DNA of 64,000 nt, taken from assembly GCA_051003195.1 (NCBI GenBank), contig JBPCLP010000013.1, forward strand, positions 1-64,000, written 5' to 3'. The translations under genes were made by a program, and so were the position numbers. The notes beneath the pieces were generated by a model. It saw only the letters and a program-made list of their open reading frames with translations, searched no databases and had not been told where the DNA came from. Positions within the stretch are counted from its first letter, which is position 1; the number at the start of each line of letters is the position of its first letter. Shown here in pieces: positions 9,904 to 19,126 of the stretch. The DNA comes from Candidatus Sumerlaeaceae bacterium (GTDB lineage: Bacteria; Sumerlaeota; Sumerlaeia; Sumerlaeales; Sumerlaeaceae).

Positions 9904-12243
9904 TTAGTAGATGGACCAGTCGCCTATCGACGCAACGGGTACATGCTCAATCGTAAGGAGTGTGAGCGTGGAAGCGGGCAACGTAAGATTCAGATTTGCC
10001 GGATTTGCGCCGGCCAGGACGACGGGCGCAGACCAGTCCACTTCGCGGTAAGGCCCAAATGGCTGCTGCAACCCCGCGTTGAACGAAAACAGGTTGGTAG
10101 CGCCGCTCGTTTTTCCCAGCACTTCCTTGTAAATCTTTGTACTGTTCGAGCCGTTCGTGAGCGACAGTTGGAACGGGATATCGGTGGTGTTGCTGAAGTT
10201 GGTTGCCCACACGGTCACCGTATTTGTCGTCGTATCGCCCACCACATGCACGCGAACTCTGTCATGGGCATCGAAAGATCCGAGCAGGCGGTTTCCCATC
10301 TTGTCACGCAGCTTTTCGAACGCCATGCTCACGGGCATGCGGTTGGAATCGTCGAGTACTGTGCTCCCCGCAGTGATCCAGATCCAATAGTGTGCTGCCG
10401 ATAGCCCCAGCCGCCCCCAGCTAAATACGCTCTCCGCACTTCCAAGTGCGTGTGCCATCGTACCTTCCTGGAACTGGTTGTTCGTGCGGAAGTCGCTGAC
10501 ATTCGTTTCTGTCGCAGCATACTCCATGGTGTTGACCTGCCCTGGCCGGTAGGTTGCGACGAGGTTCTTTACATCCTGCAGAAATAGTTCCTGTTCGCGA
10601 TGAACCCCACCAAGGTACGCCTGCTGCCAATGTGCGGAATTCGGGTAGTTCACTGTCGTGTTGACCGCGTAATCACCCATCGATCCGTACGGGTGGTAAG
10701 CAATAAAATCAATGCGCGCCGCGGACTGCAGGAGTGCCGTCAAAATGTTGGCGTTGGCTCCGTTGCGGGCGCCGACAATGCACGGGCCAACTTTGATCGT
10801 CGGGTCTTCTGCAACCATCGCCGTACTTAACGCAATGTAGCGGTTCACCCATTCGGCGTATCCTACGCCGCTAGTCGCCGAAAAAGTAAATGCATTGGTA
10901 ACGCTGTAGGCATTCGCCAGCGAGATGAGAGGCTCGTTTCCGATTTCCCAGTAGGTCACCTTTGGCACTGGCGTCTCACCCACTGCGGGTAGCGTCGTGT
11001 AGTTATCGGCCGAGCCAAATGGGCTGACGTAGCTGCTGTTCCACGTCAATGAGTTCAGAATCGAGGCGTCACGGGCATCTGTGATCACATCGCCCTGACG
11101 ATAAATCTGGACGATGCGGTTTGTATAACGCACCCAGTCGGCGGCAAGATTGGCAAGCGTGGTGGTATCGGTAGTATAGTATCTCCTGAAATTTGCTACG
11201 TTGGGATCCGGTTCCGTAAGTCCGCGGATATTTGCCGTAATGTATAGCGTCGAACTTGAGTCGCGTGTCCATTTCATGAACTGCAGGGTGGTCGGGCGCG
11301 GCTGGGCATTGCGTGTTTTCCAATCGTAAATGTCAGCGTTCAACCCACCAGACACACCGCGCAAGGCGCTGCCGGTGACCCGCTCAACGCAGGGTATAAT
11401 TCCTGTTACGTTTGAATTGTCGCCGCGGTCGAGCGACTGGTCGGCAATGGCGATACCACGCACACCTGGGTTGAGAGAGGTCCCGGCTCCCGAAAGGTTC
11501 AGCGTATATTGTGTTGGCTGAACAGTGGTTGGGTTGTTTGCGCCCGGATAATCGCCGCGAAGTGGACTGCCCACATCACCGCCGCCGCTGTAAGCCCATG
11601 GGTCGGGCGTGTGTTCCTGCCCCTCGTAGCCTTTTGTCAGTGTGTCAGAAGTGAGTGTATCAGGCCCACCACGGTTGATGACGGCCGTCTTGGTTCCATG
11701 GTTGGTTCGGGTAAAGTCTGTCTCTGCGTAGTACGTTGCGCTACCGCTATTGACGGCTGGACCGTATGCAAGACGCCACACGACTGCGGGCGTTGCATTA
11801 TAGAGCACCAGCTCATCGTCTCCGAGGTCACTCTGTAAAAAGGTACCGCTTGAATACTGCACGACGCGCGCGTTGGCGAGGCCACCGGTCCACATCTTTT
11901 CAAAGCCAACCTTGTTGCGTGCAAGGATGAGAAAATCCTTTGGTGCAATTGAGGATGTTGGGATTAGCACGTTGTCGGTATCATCGTCTTTCATACGCCA
12001 GCTTGTCATCGTCACAGTGGTCGTGCCGTAATTATACAGTTCGAACCATTCACCGGCGCCCACAGCCGCAGCCGGGTCGCCATTGGTGTCATTGTTATAT
12101 TCCGTGATGGCAATGTTCTGCGCCGAAGCAGCACTGGAGAGAAGAAGCCCGAGCAATGTAGCGGTGTGGACAGCGAACTTGAGAGAATACGAAAACGGCA
12201 CTGGAAAGACTCCTCGAACGCAGAGGCGCGTATTGTGTTTCAT
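9904..12243 (-). CDS. secreted lamin-tail-domain protein with clan GH-A glycoside hydrolase-like domain
   Basis: Signal peptide; IAITEY..GEWFELYN (LTD); YWEIGNEP, DFIAYHPY, ATETN; ends VASIGDWSIY; start 12243 or 12261. Confidence 0.75.
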   Translation of the reverse strand: MKHNTRLCVRGVFPVPFSYSLKFAVHTATLLGLLLSSAASAQNIAITEYNNDTNGDPAAAVGAGEWFELYNYGTTTVTMTSWRMKDDDTDNVLIPTSSIAPKDFLILARNKVGFEKMWTGGLANARVVQYSSGTFLQSDLGDDELVLYNATPAVVWRLAYGPAVNSGSATYYAETDFTRTNHGTKTAVINRGGPDTLTSDTLTKGYEGQEHTPDPWAYSGGGDVGSPLRGDYPGANNPTTVQPTQYTLNLSGAGTSLNPGVRGIAIADQSLDRGDNSNVTGIIPCVERVTGSALRGVSGGLNADIYDWKTRNAQPRPTTLQFMKWTRDSSSTLYITANIRGLTEPDPNVANFRRYYTTDTTTLANLAADWVRYTNRIVQIYRQGDVITDARDASILNSLTWNSSYVSPFGSADNYTTLPAVGETPVPKVTYWEIGNEPLISLANAYSVTNAFTFSATSGVGYAEWVNRYIALSTAMVAEDPTIKVGPCIVGARNGANANILTALLQSAARIDFIAYHPYGSMGDYAVNTTVNYPNSAHWQQAYLGGVHREQELFLQDVKNLVATYRPGQVNTMEYAATETNVSDFRTNNQFQEGTMAHALGSAESVFSWGRLGLSAAHYWIWITAGSTVLDDSNRMPVSMAFEKLRDKMGNRLLGSFDAHDRVRVHVVGDTTTNTVTVWATNFSNTTDIPFQLSLTNGSNSTKIYKEVLGKTSGATNLFSFNAGLQQPFGPYREVDWSAPVVLAGANPANLNLTLPASTLTLLTIEHVPVASIGDWSIY

Positions 12244-12338
12244 ATCTTTAGTTTGAGGCAAGAACGATATTCAGATTGGGGGCAAGAGTTAATGTCTTTA
12301 CGGAGCGTAAAGGCTCGGTAAATATCAGAGCAGCGGAC

Positions 12339-12510
12339 CGTATTCTTTCCCGTTTGTTAGCAAATGCGGCAAATTTACCAAGGATGGCCAAATCCGCGTG
12401 ATCGCAAGCCGTGAACAAGACGACGGTGAGAATTACGTCACCATCCAATTTTCTGATAGTGGAATATCGGCATGAGCGAAGACCAGGTGGGAGACCTGTT
12501 CAAAAGCTTC
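12339..12510 (+). pseudogene. histidine kinase HATPase_c fragment with two frameshifts
   Basis: Reads RILSRLLANA/KFTKDGQIRVIASREQDDGENYVTIQFSDSG/IGMSEDQVGDLFKSF, matching N, G1 and F boxes across frame changes. Confidence 0.75.
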
Positions 12511-12514
12511 TTTT

Positions 12515-13612
12515 TTACAACCGGCTAAGAACTGCGTCGCCCATAGCTGCTGTACCCACCGGACTGACACCGCGTTCAGCAATATCGGCAGTGCGCAACC
12601 CACTCTCCAGCGTAGCGGAGACTGCGCTCTCGATGGCAGCCGCAGGCTCTTCCAGGCAAAGCGAGTGCCGCAACAGCATCGCCGCGCTGAGAATAGTGGC
12701 CAGTGGATTGGCGACCCCCTGTCCTGCAATGGTGGGCGCGGAGCCATGAATTGGCTCGTATAGTCCAAAGGTGCCGGCCCCATTTGCTGTTTTGCGGGAG
12801 CCGAGACTTGCGCTCGGCAACATGCCCAGACTTCCAGTCAGCATCGACGCCTCGTCGCTGAGTATGTCGCCAAACATATTTTCGGTTACAATCACGTCGA
12901 ATTGACGAGGGTCGCGCACAAGTTGCATCGCGCAATTATCGACCAGCATATGAGTCAACTCGATATCCGGGTTTGCAGCACCGGCCTGCGTGGCAACTTC
13001 ACGCCACAGACGGCTGGTCTCCAGTACGTTTGCCTTGTCGACGCTGCACAAACGCTTGCTGCGCCTGCGCGCCGCTAAAAACGCGACGTCCAGGATGCGC
13101 TCGATCTCGGATCTCGTGTAAACGCACGTATCGACGGCCCTGTTGCCGCCGTCTTCGCGTCCCTTCGGCTGGCCGAAATAGATCCCGCCCGTCAGCTCGC
13201 GCACGACCAGAATGTCCAGCCCGCCGGCAACAATATCGGCGCGGAGTGAGGACACATTAGCAAGCGAAGCGAACAGTGTCGCAGGGCGAAGATTTGCGAA
13301 AAGCCCGAGCTCCTTTCGCAGCGGGAGCAGTGCGCCCACTTCCGGCCGTAAATTTGCCGGTTGGATATTGTCGTACTGTGGTCCACCCACGGCGCCGAAC
13401 AATACCGCATCGCTGGCTTTGCACTCCTGCAAAGTTTCTGGCGGCAGCGGATGTCCGGTCTTGTCGTAGGCGATGCCCCCAACCAGAGCCTCGGTGAACT
13501 CCAGGGAAAAACCAAACTTTTCACCGGTCGCTCTCAGCACCTTTACGGCCACGGCAATAATCTCCGGTCCAATTCCGTCGCCCGAAAGCACTGCGATTTT
13601 GTACGTACTCAT
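12515..13612 (-). CDS. leuB: 3-isopropylmalate dehydrogenase
   Basis: [51 protein letters not shown]. Confidence 0.97.
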   Translation of the reverse strand: MSTYKIAVLSGDGIGPEIIAVAVKVLRATGEKFGFSLEFTEALVGGIAYDKTGHPLPPETLQECKASDAVLFGAVGGPQYDNIQPANLRPEVGALLPLRKELGLFANLRPATLFASLANVSSLRADIVAGGLDILVVRELTGGIYFGQPKGREDGGNRAVDTCVYTRSEIERILDVAFLAARRRSKRLCSVDKANVLETSRLWREVATQAGAANPDIELTHMLVDNCAMQLVRDPRQFDVIVTENMFGDILSDEASMLTGSLGMLPSASLGSRKTANGAGTFGLYEPIHGSAPTIAGQGVANPLATILSAAMLLRHSLCLEEPAAAIESAVSATLESGLRTADIAERGVSPVGTAAMGDAVLSRL

Positions 13613-13716
13613 ATGCCGTTCATCACTCCCCAAAACCTGTCTAATGTTATAAAAGCTATTCCGCCGAGAGGGACTAACTCTGCATCACGACTGCAACTCT
13701 GATCCCCCCGCACAAT

Positions 13717-13747
13717 AAAAAAGCTCCGGCCAAACTGGCCGGAGTTT
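13717..13747 (-). terminator. intrinsic terminator
   Basis: CTCCGGCCA/TGGCCGGAG stem followed by a T-run on the minus strand, downstream of 13796..14947. Confidence 0.8.
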
Positions 13748-13795
13748 CATACAATGTTGTTTTGTACAGCGGCGAGCCTTGAGCTTTACCGGTAT

Positions 13796-14947
13796 CTACT
13801 TTCTCGTCCAGGAGATCAGCTTGCTGAAACGGCTCTGCTTTCCATCCGCCCTTTTATCGAGGTGCAGGAACGCGAGCCCTTCGGCATCGAACTTTTCAAA
13901 GAATTCGTCCCAGGAAATCTCCTGCAGCGTATCGCCTCCGCTGTAGCCCGGATAGTCGATTCGCAGAAGCCCGGTGTCGCCCTTTTTTCCAGTGCCCTTC
14001 ACGCACGCCGGATGTCCGCCGCGCGACTCCACCCATTGGCGAATCTGCCCATGGTCAGTCGTTACGTTTCCACTGCCCTTGCCAATGTTATCTCCACGGC
14101 TGGCGCCATTACCGACGCGGGATGAGCTTGTGGATTTCGACCGGGTTTTGCTGCCTCCGCTGCTGGAGTCCGACTTGTTGCTTTTTGATACCCTGGATAT
14201 CGAACGCCCCAAACTGCTCTTACTGGATGCGGTTGCTGCCTTGGGTTTTGGGCCAGTTGAACGTGAAGAAGAACTGCTCTTTGCGCTGCGCGATGCGCCA
14301 CTTGCTTTCGTCCTGCTCGACGATGCTTTGGAACTACTTGCGGCTTTGCGGCGACTTGAGCTCTTGCTGGACGATTTTCCGGCACTCTTTGAGCGACTTG
14401 AGCTGCGCCCGCGACTCGCACGGGCCGACATCTCGTCGCCTTTTGGCTCAGTCTCAGCTTCTTTGGCCGCCGCGTTGATATTCCTTTCGGCGAGCTTCGT
14501 CAGCAATTCATCGGTTTTCTTTTCTTCATTCAGCGTACGTTCCAGTAGCCGGGCTGCCTGCGTTTCCCCGAGCAACTGAGCAAAAGTTCGCACTGAGCCG
14601 TACGCGGCTATCTCGTAGTGTTCCACCTTTTGCGCGGCAACTATAAGTGCCGCATCGGTGGCATACGGATTATCTTTTTCCTTAATAACTTCCTGGCCCT
14701 CTGCAACGAGGCCTTCCATTCCCTTGCACTTCTTGCCCCCCGACTTCTTGCCCATCTGGCGGAAAATCTGATCCAGCCGTTCGATCTGCTGGCGGGTGAC
14801 AGCCAGGTGCTGCTCAAACGCCTGCTTCAGCTGTGGCGTACTGGCGGCCTTTGCCATCTTAGGCAGCGCTTTGGTCAGCTGCTGCTCCGCATTGTAGATG
14901 TCCTTCAAGTCCTCGAGGTACACTGCGCGTAGTGAGTCCAGCGACAT
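13796..14947 (-). CDS. DUF892/YciF ferritin-like protein fused via a Ser/Lys/Arg-rich linker to a small C-terminal domain
   Basis: LKDIYNAEQQL..KCKGMEGL..AAQKVEHYEIAAYG; low-complexity basic linker; TTDHGQIRQWVESRGGHPACV..LLRIDYPGY..ISWDEFFEKF. Confidence 0.88.
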   Translation of the reverse strand: MSLDSLRAVYLEDLKDIYNAEQQLTKALPKMAKAASTPQLKQAFEQHLAVTRQQIERLDQIFRQMGKKSGGKKCKGMEGLVAEGQEVIKEKDNPYATDAALIVAAQKVEHYEIAAYGSVRTFAQLLGETQAARLLERTLNEEKKTDELLTKLAERNINAAAKEAETEPKGDEMSARASRGRSSSRSKSAGKSSSKSSSRRKAASSSKASSSRTKASGASRSAKSSSSSRSTGPKPKAATASSKSSLGRSISRVSKSNKSDSSSGGSKTRSKSTSSSRVGNGASRGDNIGKGSGNVTTDHGQIRQWVESRGGHPACVKGTGKKGDTGLLRIDYPGYSGGDTLQEISWDEFFEKFDAEGLAFLHLDKRADGKQSRFSKLISWTRK

Positions 14948-15066
14948 TGGCTGAATCTCCTTTCTGTGGTTTTCTCAGCCCTCAGCGTTCGCGATGCGCT
15001 AATGCAGAGCTGCATGATAACGAGTGCGGACCCGAAAGGGCTTTTTACAATTGCATCGAATGTTCG

Positions 15067-15081
15067 GCAAAAAGTGCGCCA
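15067..15081 (-). promoter_or_regulatory. sigma-54-type -24/-12 promoter
   Basis: Minus strand TGGCGC-ACTTT-TTGC, about 120 bp upstream of the DUF892 gene. Confidence 0.65.
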
Positions 15082-15169
15082 GTGCACGCTACCCGTCGCA
15101 ACTTCGCGTGCTTTGTTGCCTTGGGGCATTGACAGCGCCGGAGTACCCCCACTACGGACTACGGACCTT

Positions 15170-16342
15170 ATGCGACTTCCGGTTTCCAACGTAGCGTTCT
15201 TTTGCCTGATCGGATTCCTCGGTGACTGCCTCAATTTCACGGCGGTGCAGTCCGAGATTTTCCTGGCGGCGGGAATCTTCCACGCCCGTGAGTTGCAACT
15301 GGGGCTGCTCGGGGCGGCGACTTCCCTTGGTTACGCATTGCCCGCTATGTGGGCGGGTGTGCTGTCGGAGCGCATGGGCAGGCGCCCCTTATGCACGTTT
15401 GGTGTGCTGGGCCTGCTTCTAAGCTACCTGGTCATCCCCTATGTGCAGACATTGCCGCAATTGTACGCGATCTGTTTTTTACGATCCGTGTTTTCAGCAT
15501 TTCTGTGGGTGCCGCTGATGGCCTGGATGGCGCGAGCGCAGGACCACGAGGGGCTGTCCGGCCTTCTTGGGAAGTACAACGTAAGCTGGGCACTGGGCAT
15601 CTTGAGCGGGTTTTACCTGGCGGGGGTGATGTTTACGGGATACGGCTGGCGGTCCGGGTTCCATGTATCGGCCGGCCTGGCCTTCGTGCTGCTGATGTTT
15701 ATCTTTTGCTGTGAACCACAGGGCGGACGCGGCGCACCCGCGGACGTTGACGAGCAGCCGGTGCACGGGCTGGAAGTACACGAGGTGCGGCATTTCGTGC
15801 GGCAGGGCCTGCTGATGCTGACGATTGGCAATTTCCTGTCGGCGCTGGTACTGTATATGTTCCCCAGAGTGGGCGGCGGTATCGTGCACGAGCAGGGGCA
15901 AAGCCTGTTGAATGTGATCCGGCTGACGGGCCAGGTGAGCGCTTTCGTGCTGTTCGGTTATACGGTTAACTGGCATTTCCGGCGGTGGCCGCTATTGCTT
16001 TGTGGCGCATTTCTCTGTGTAGGCGTGCTGCTGGTCGCAGTGGGTGCCCGGTTTGCCGTGTATGCCGCCGGCTTCGGACTGGTGGGGGCGGGGTTCGGCA
16101 TTGCATTTACTATGAGTGCATTTTACGCGCTGGGACTCTCGGAGAGCAAGGGGAAGGGCAGCGGCATGATGGAGACGCTGGTGGGAAGCGGATCCCTGCT
16201 GGGTCCGCTGTACGGCGGCGCGATCGGCCAGATGAGCGGACCGCGCATGGGAGTGGTGGCCGGGCTGATCCCGCTGGCACTGATATTTGGCTGGGCCATG
16301 ATGAAGCCCGATGATGTGCGGAAGAGCCGGGGGAGTGGTTAG
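15170..16342 (+). CDS. MFS transporter
   Basis: About 12 hydrophobic segments; motif A GVLSERMGRR; ATG at 15170 chosen within ORF 14966..16342. Confidence 0.88.
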   Translation: MRLPVSNVAFFCLIGFLGDCLNFTAVQSEIFLAAGIFHARELQLGLLGAATSLGYALPAMWAGVLSERMGRRPLCTFGVLGLLLSYLVIPYVQTLPQLYAICFLRSVFSAFLWVPLMAWMARAQDHEGLSGLLGKYNVSWALGILSGFYLAGVMFTGYGWRSGFHVSAGLAFVLLMFIFCCEPQGGRGAPADVDEQPVHGLEVHEVRHFVRQGLLMLTIGNFLSALVLYMFPRVGGGIVHEQGQSLLNVIRLTGQVSAFVLFGYTVNWHFRRWPLLLCGAFLCVGVLLVAVGARFAVYAAGFGLVGAGFGIAFTMSAFYALGLSESKGKGSGMMETLVGSGSLLGPLYGGAIGQMSGPRMGVVAGLIPLALIFGWAMMKPDDVRKSRGSG

Positions 16343-16445
16343 TGATTTCGAATGCGGATTGCGGAGTGCGGAGTGCGGAGTACTTTTGAGTGGGGAGTAT
16401 GAGAGTGGTTAGTGGTTAGTGGTTAGTGGTTAGTGGTTAGTGGGT
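16334..16445. repeat. heptamer tandem repeats
   Basis: AGTGGTT x5 perfect at 16404..16438 plus variants at 16334..16347 and 16439..16445; GCGGA(T/G)T x4 at 16354..16381. Confidence 0.9.
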
Positions 16446-16523
16446 GGTGGATGTACGGAGGTGTTGGGAGAGGCGGTCGGCGTCACTGGCGGACATTGGC
16501 GAGGGCTCCTGGTTGAATGTCGC

Positions 16524-16550
16524 AATGTACTTTGGATTGCAAAGTATATT
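16524..16550. promoter_or_regulatory. palindromic operator candidate
   Basis: TACTTTG-GATTG-CAAAGTA perfect inverted repeat, extends to AATGTACTTTG/CAAAGTATATT with one mismatch. Confidence 0.7.
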
Positions 16551-16606
16551 CGCGGGGAACACCCACCATCGATCAATAATTCGCGTGAACCGACTCTGTT
16601 ATTGAA

Positions 16607-17005
16607 TCAGGCGGGAACCCAGCCAGGGCCGAGCTTGCCGGGCTTCGCTTCTTTTGCGGCCTTGGCTGCCGGGATCGCGTCTTTGATGACCCTTTCCAAC
16701 TCGGAGAGGTAATCCAGGAATCGCTGCCTTCCCGGTTTAGTCAGGCGGACAAGAGTCTGGGGTCTGCGGCCTTCGAAGCCTTTCCAGACTTCGACGAGGT
16801 TGTCATCCTTGAGCACATCGAGGTGACGGCTGAGGTTGCCGTCCGTAAGCGAGCAGAGATCCTTCAGCTCGCTGAAGACGATACCTCCGGGGCGTCCGAC
16901 GAGACAGGTCATGATTCCGAGCCGAGCCTTTTCGTGCAGCGCGCGTTCCAGGCCCTCGTATGCAAAACGTCCGGGTGCGACTTCTCTTTCTGTTTTTTTG
17001 CTCAT
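16607..17005 (-). CDS. winged-helix transcriptional regulator (ArsR/MarR-like, HTH_34 type)
   Basis: LERALHEKARLGIM..FSELKDLCSLTDGNLSRHL..GRRPQTLVRLT; ATGA overlap with upstream gene. Confidence 0.88.
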   Translation of the reverse strand: MSKKTEREVAPGRFAYEGLERALHEKARLGIMTCLVGRPGGIVFSELKDLCSLTDGNLSRHLDVLKDDNLVEVWKGFEGRRPQTLVRLTKPGRQRFLDYLSELERVIKDAIPAAKAAKEAKPGKLGPGWVPA

Positions 17006-17607
17006 GCGTGTTCCCTTTCCAGGTTCCAGTACAATACGAGCGCTGCGGCGAGCTGCCCGATGCCGAAGGTTGCGCCGACGTTCCATTTTGCAGCGGCGAG
17101 AGGCAGTGTGCCCGCGCTAAGCAGGAGCCACGTTCCGGCCAGCAGGTAGCCAAGCGCGATGTAGCCGACGGACCGCGGCAGGTAAGGCCGCGAACTAAAT
17201 ATCCCGAGGCCGAACAGGATGGCCCAGAGCCCGGGCAGAAGCGTGGGTGAGTTTCCCCCGAGACGCATCAGGGCGAGCGTGACGGCGGCTCCGGCGGCGA
17301 GGCATGGAACGAACTGCCCGACGACGCGGCGGCTGATGCGCCGATTGTGTGGGTTCTCGTGAAGCAGGTAGTTTAGCACGATCTCGCTGGCGGCGATCAT
17401 GCCGCACAGCGCCGCTACGACGCACCAGTAGAGGACGAAGCGGCTGGGTGAGTCAACGGTTGTTGGCTGCAGCGCCGCCGCAAGAAGGCTGCAGACGCCC
17501 GATGCACCGACGGACCACGAACGATAGCCGCGGTAAAGCTCGCCGCGGGCAACCTGGTCGTGAATGATGTTAAGGCGCTCGAGGGCGTCTTGAAGTTCTG
17601 TGGACAC
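17002..17607 (-). CDS. multi-pass membrane protein coupled to the wHTH regulator
   Basis: About 6 hydrophobic segments; ELQDALERL..ARGELYRGYRS N-terminus; start GTG 17607 or TTG 17637. Confidence 0.75.
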   Translation of the reverse strand: MSTELQDALERLNIIHDQVARGELYRGYRSWSVGASGVCSLLAAALQPTTVDSPSRFVLYWCVVAALCGMIAASEIVLNYLLHENPHNRRISRRVVGQFVPCLAAGAAVTLALMRLGGNSPTLLPGLWAILFGLGIFSSRPYLPRSVGYIALGYLLAGTWLLLSAGTLPLAAAKWNVGATFGIGQLAAALVLYWNLEREHA

Positions 17608-17623
17608 GGGTTTGGTGGAGTTG

Positions 17624-17647
17624 CCTTTCCAGCCCAAAGTACTTTGG
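17624..17647. promoter_or_regulatory. second operator-like site
   Basis: CCAAAGTACTTTGG palindrome at 17634..17647; minus strand TACTTTG-GGCTG-GAAAGG resembles the 16528 site. Confidence 0.55.
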
Positions 17648-18059
17648 TTTTATGAAAGATTCACGTGAGTACGTTTTAAACCGCTTTAAAGGCGAGGAAA
17701 GAACACTGTTGTTTGCACATCACTGAAACGTTGAAAAATCTTTGACTCTGCCCGTTTTGGGGTAGCCGGGTAAAGTCAAATCGCATGAATTCCGGTTAGG
17801 TAAAGCCGATCGGGAATTCCTGCGCAACGGGCCGAAAGGAGGAGCGGTTTGTGGCTGTCCGGCGCTGTGTGCGCGACAGCCATTGTTCCCGGCGCTTTTC
17901 GCGCCAGTCCCCTCCACTCATTTTCACAGGGCTCGCAACCGGTTCGCTGAGAACTGATCAGAGCGAAACCTGCACAACTCGAGGGCGTTGCCGCTTCGCG
18001 TCTCCTTCCCCGTTTGCAATCAGTGCCTGTTTTATCAATTCTCCAGGGGTCTTTAACTC

Positions 18060-19004
18060 ATGAAGCTTTTCTCCCGTGCGGCAGTTGCCGCTTCCTTTGC
18101 AGTCCTTTCCTTCCCGGCATTTGCTGCTACACCCGATCTGCCAAGCTGCGATAGCTGGCAGCCGGCAGCTACGTGTAACTATTCCAATTCCAGCCGGCCT
18201 GGAAGCGCAGCAATCAACTATGTCATCATCCATAAAGTACAGGGCACCGCAGCCGGCGCGGCATCGTGGTTCCAAAACTGCGCATCAGGCGTTTCGGCGC
18301 ATTTTTCATTCAATAACAGCACCGGCTACTGTTACCAGTCCGTACTGGAAGAAGACATTGGTTGGCACTGCATCAACCGTAATACCTATGGCGTAGGCAT
18401 CGAACATGGTGGTTACGTATCGAGCAACGATACGGCTACCGTTTGCTATGATGAGTCCGCGCTCGAAACTAAAAGCTGCATCATTTACTATACCGTACTA
18501 TATGACCGGGCCCACATCCAGGGCCACTCGGAAGTTCCAGGCAACGATCACACCGATCCGGGTGTTTACTGGAATTGGACCTATTACATGAGCAAGTGCA
18601 ACCCGAACCCAAACACTCCTGTAACGATCGTTAACGATTCGCCAGCCGGATCGACAAGCTGGATCACGGCAACCTCAGCCGCTGATAAATACGGTGCGGA
18701 TTACAAGTACCGTTCGACGGCTGCTATATCGGATGCGGCCACCTGGACGAACAACATCGCCAATGGCGGGACATACACGATCAGCGCGTGGTGGTCCCAG
18801 GGCGCGAACCGCTCGGCATCTGCTCCGTATATCCTGCCGAATGGCGGCACGGTAAGCCAGAACCAGCAGGCCAGCGGCGGTGTCTGGAACGCACTGGGTA
18901 CCATCGGGTTGTCGGCAGGAACCAACGTGACGAAGCTGTCATGCTGGACTACAACGGGGTATGTGGTGATAGCGGATGCTGTTAAGTATTACGGTCCACA
19001 ATAA
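18060..19004 (+). CDS. secreted N-acetylmuramoyl-L-alanine amidase (Amidase_2) with golvesin-like C-terminal beta domain
   Basis: VIIH, VSAHF, GWH, GIEH, QGHSEVP, HTDPG; C-terminal DKYGADY..AWWSQGANRSASAPY..VIADAV. Confidence 0.88.
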   Translation: MKLFSRAAVAASFAVLSFPAFAATPDLPSCDSWQPAATCNYSNSSRPGSAAINYVIIHKVQGTAAGAASWFQNCASGVSAHFSFNNSTGYCYQSVLEEDIGWHCINRNTYGVGIEHGGYVSSNDTATVCYDESALETKSCIIYYTVLYDRAHIQGHSEVPGNDHTDPGVYWNWTYYMSKCNPNPNTPVTIVNDSPAGSTSWITATSAADKYGADYKYRSTAAISDAATWTNNIANGGTYTISAWWSQGANRSASAPYILPNGGTVSQNQQASGGVWNALGTIGLSAGTNVTKLSCWTTTGYVVIADAVKYYGPQ

Positions 19005-19029
19005 CAGTCGTTAAGCAGGTTTTATCTGA

Positions 19030-19060
19030 GGGAAGGGCTTGCGGGCCCTTCCCTTTTTTT
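19030..19060 (+). terminator. intrinsic terminator
   Basis: GGGAAGGGC/GCCCTTCCC stem followed by T7. Confidence 0.9.
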
Positions 19061-19126
19061 ATGTTCGGGGAGTGCTGACGCATATCCTGCTTGCGTGGAA
19101 GGGCCGGGCGCTACGAGTTACCGCTT

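Noticed and set aside
16404..16445. Telomere-like repeat or contamination
   Set aside because: Short internal 7-mer array between ordinary bacterial genes.
17760..17990. c-di-AMP (ydaO) or c-di-GMP riboswitch call
   Set aside because: Conserved consensus blocks could not be found; kept only as an unassigned structured leader.
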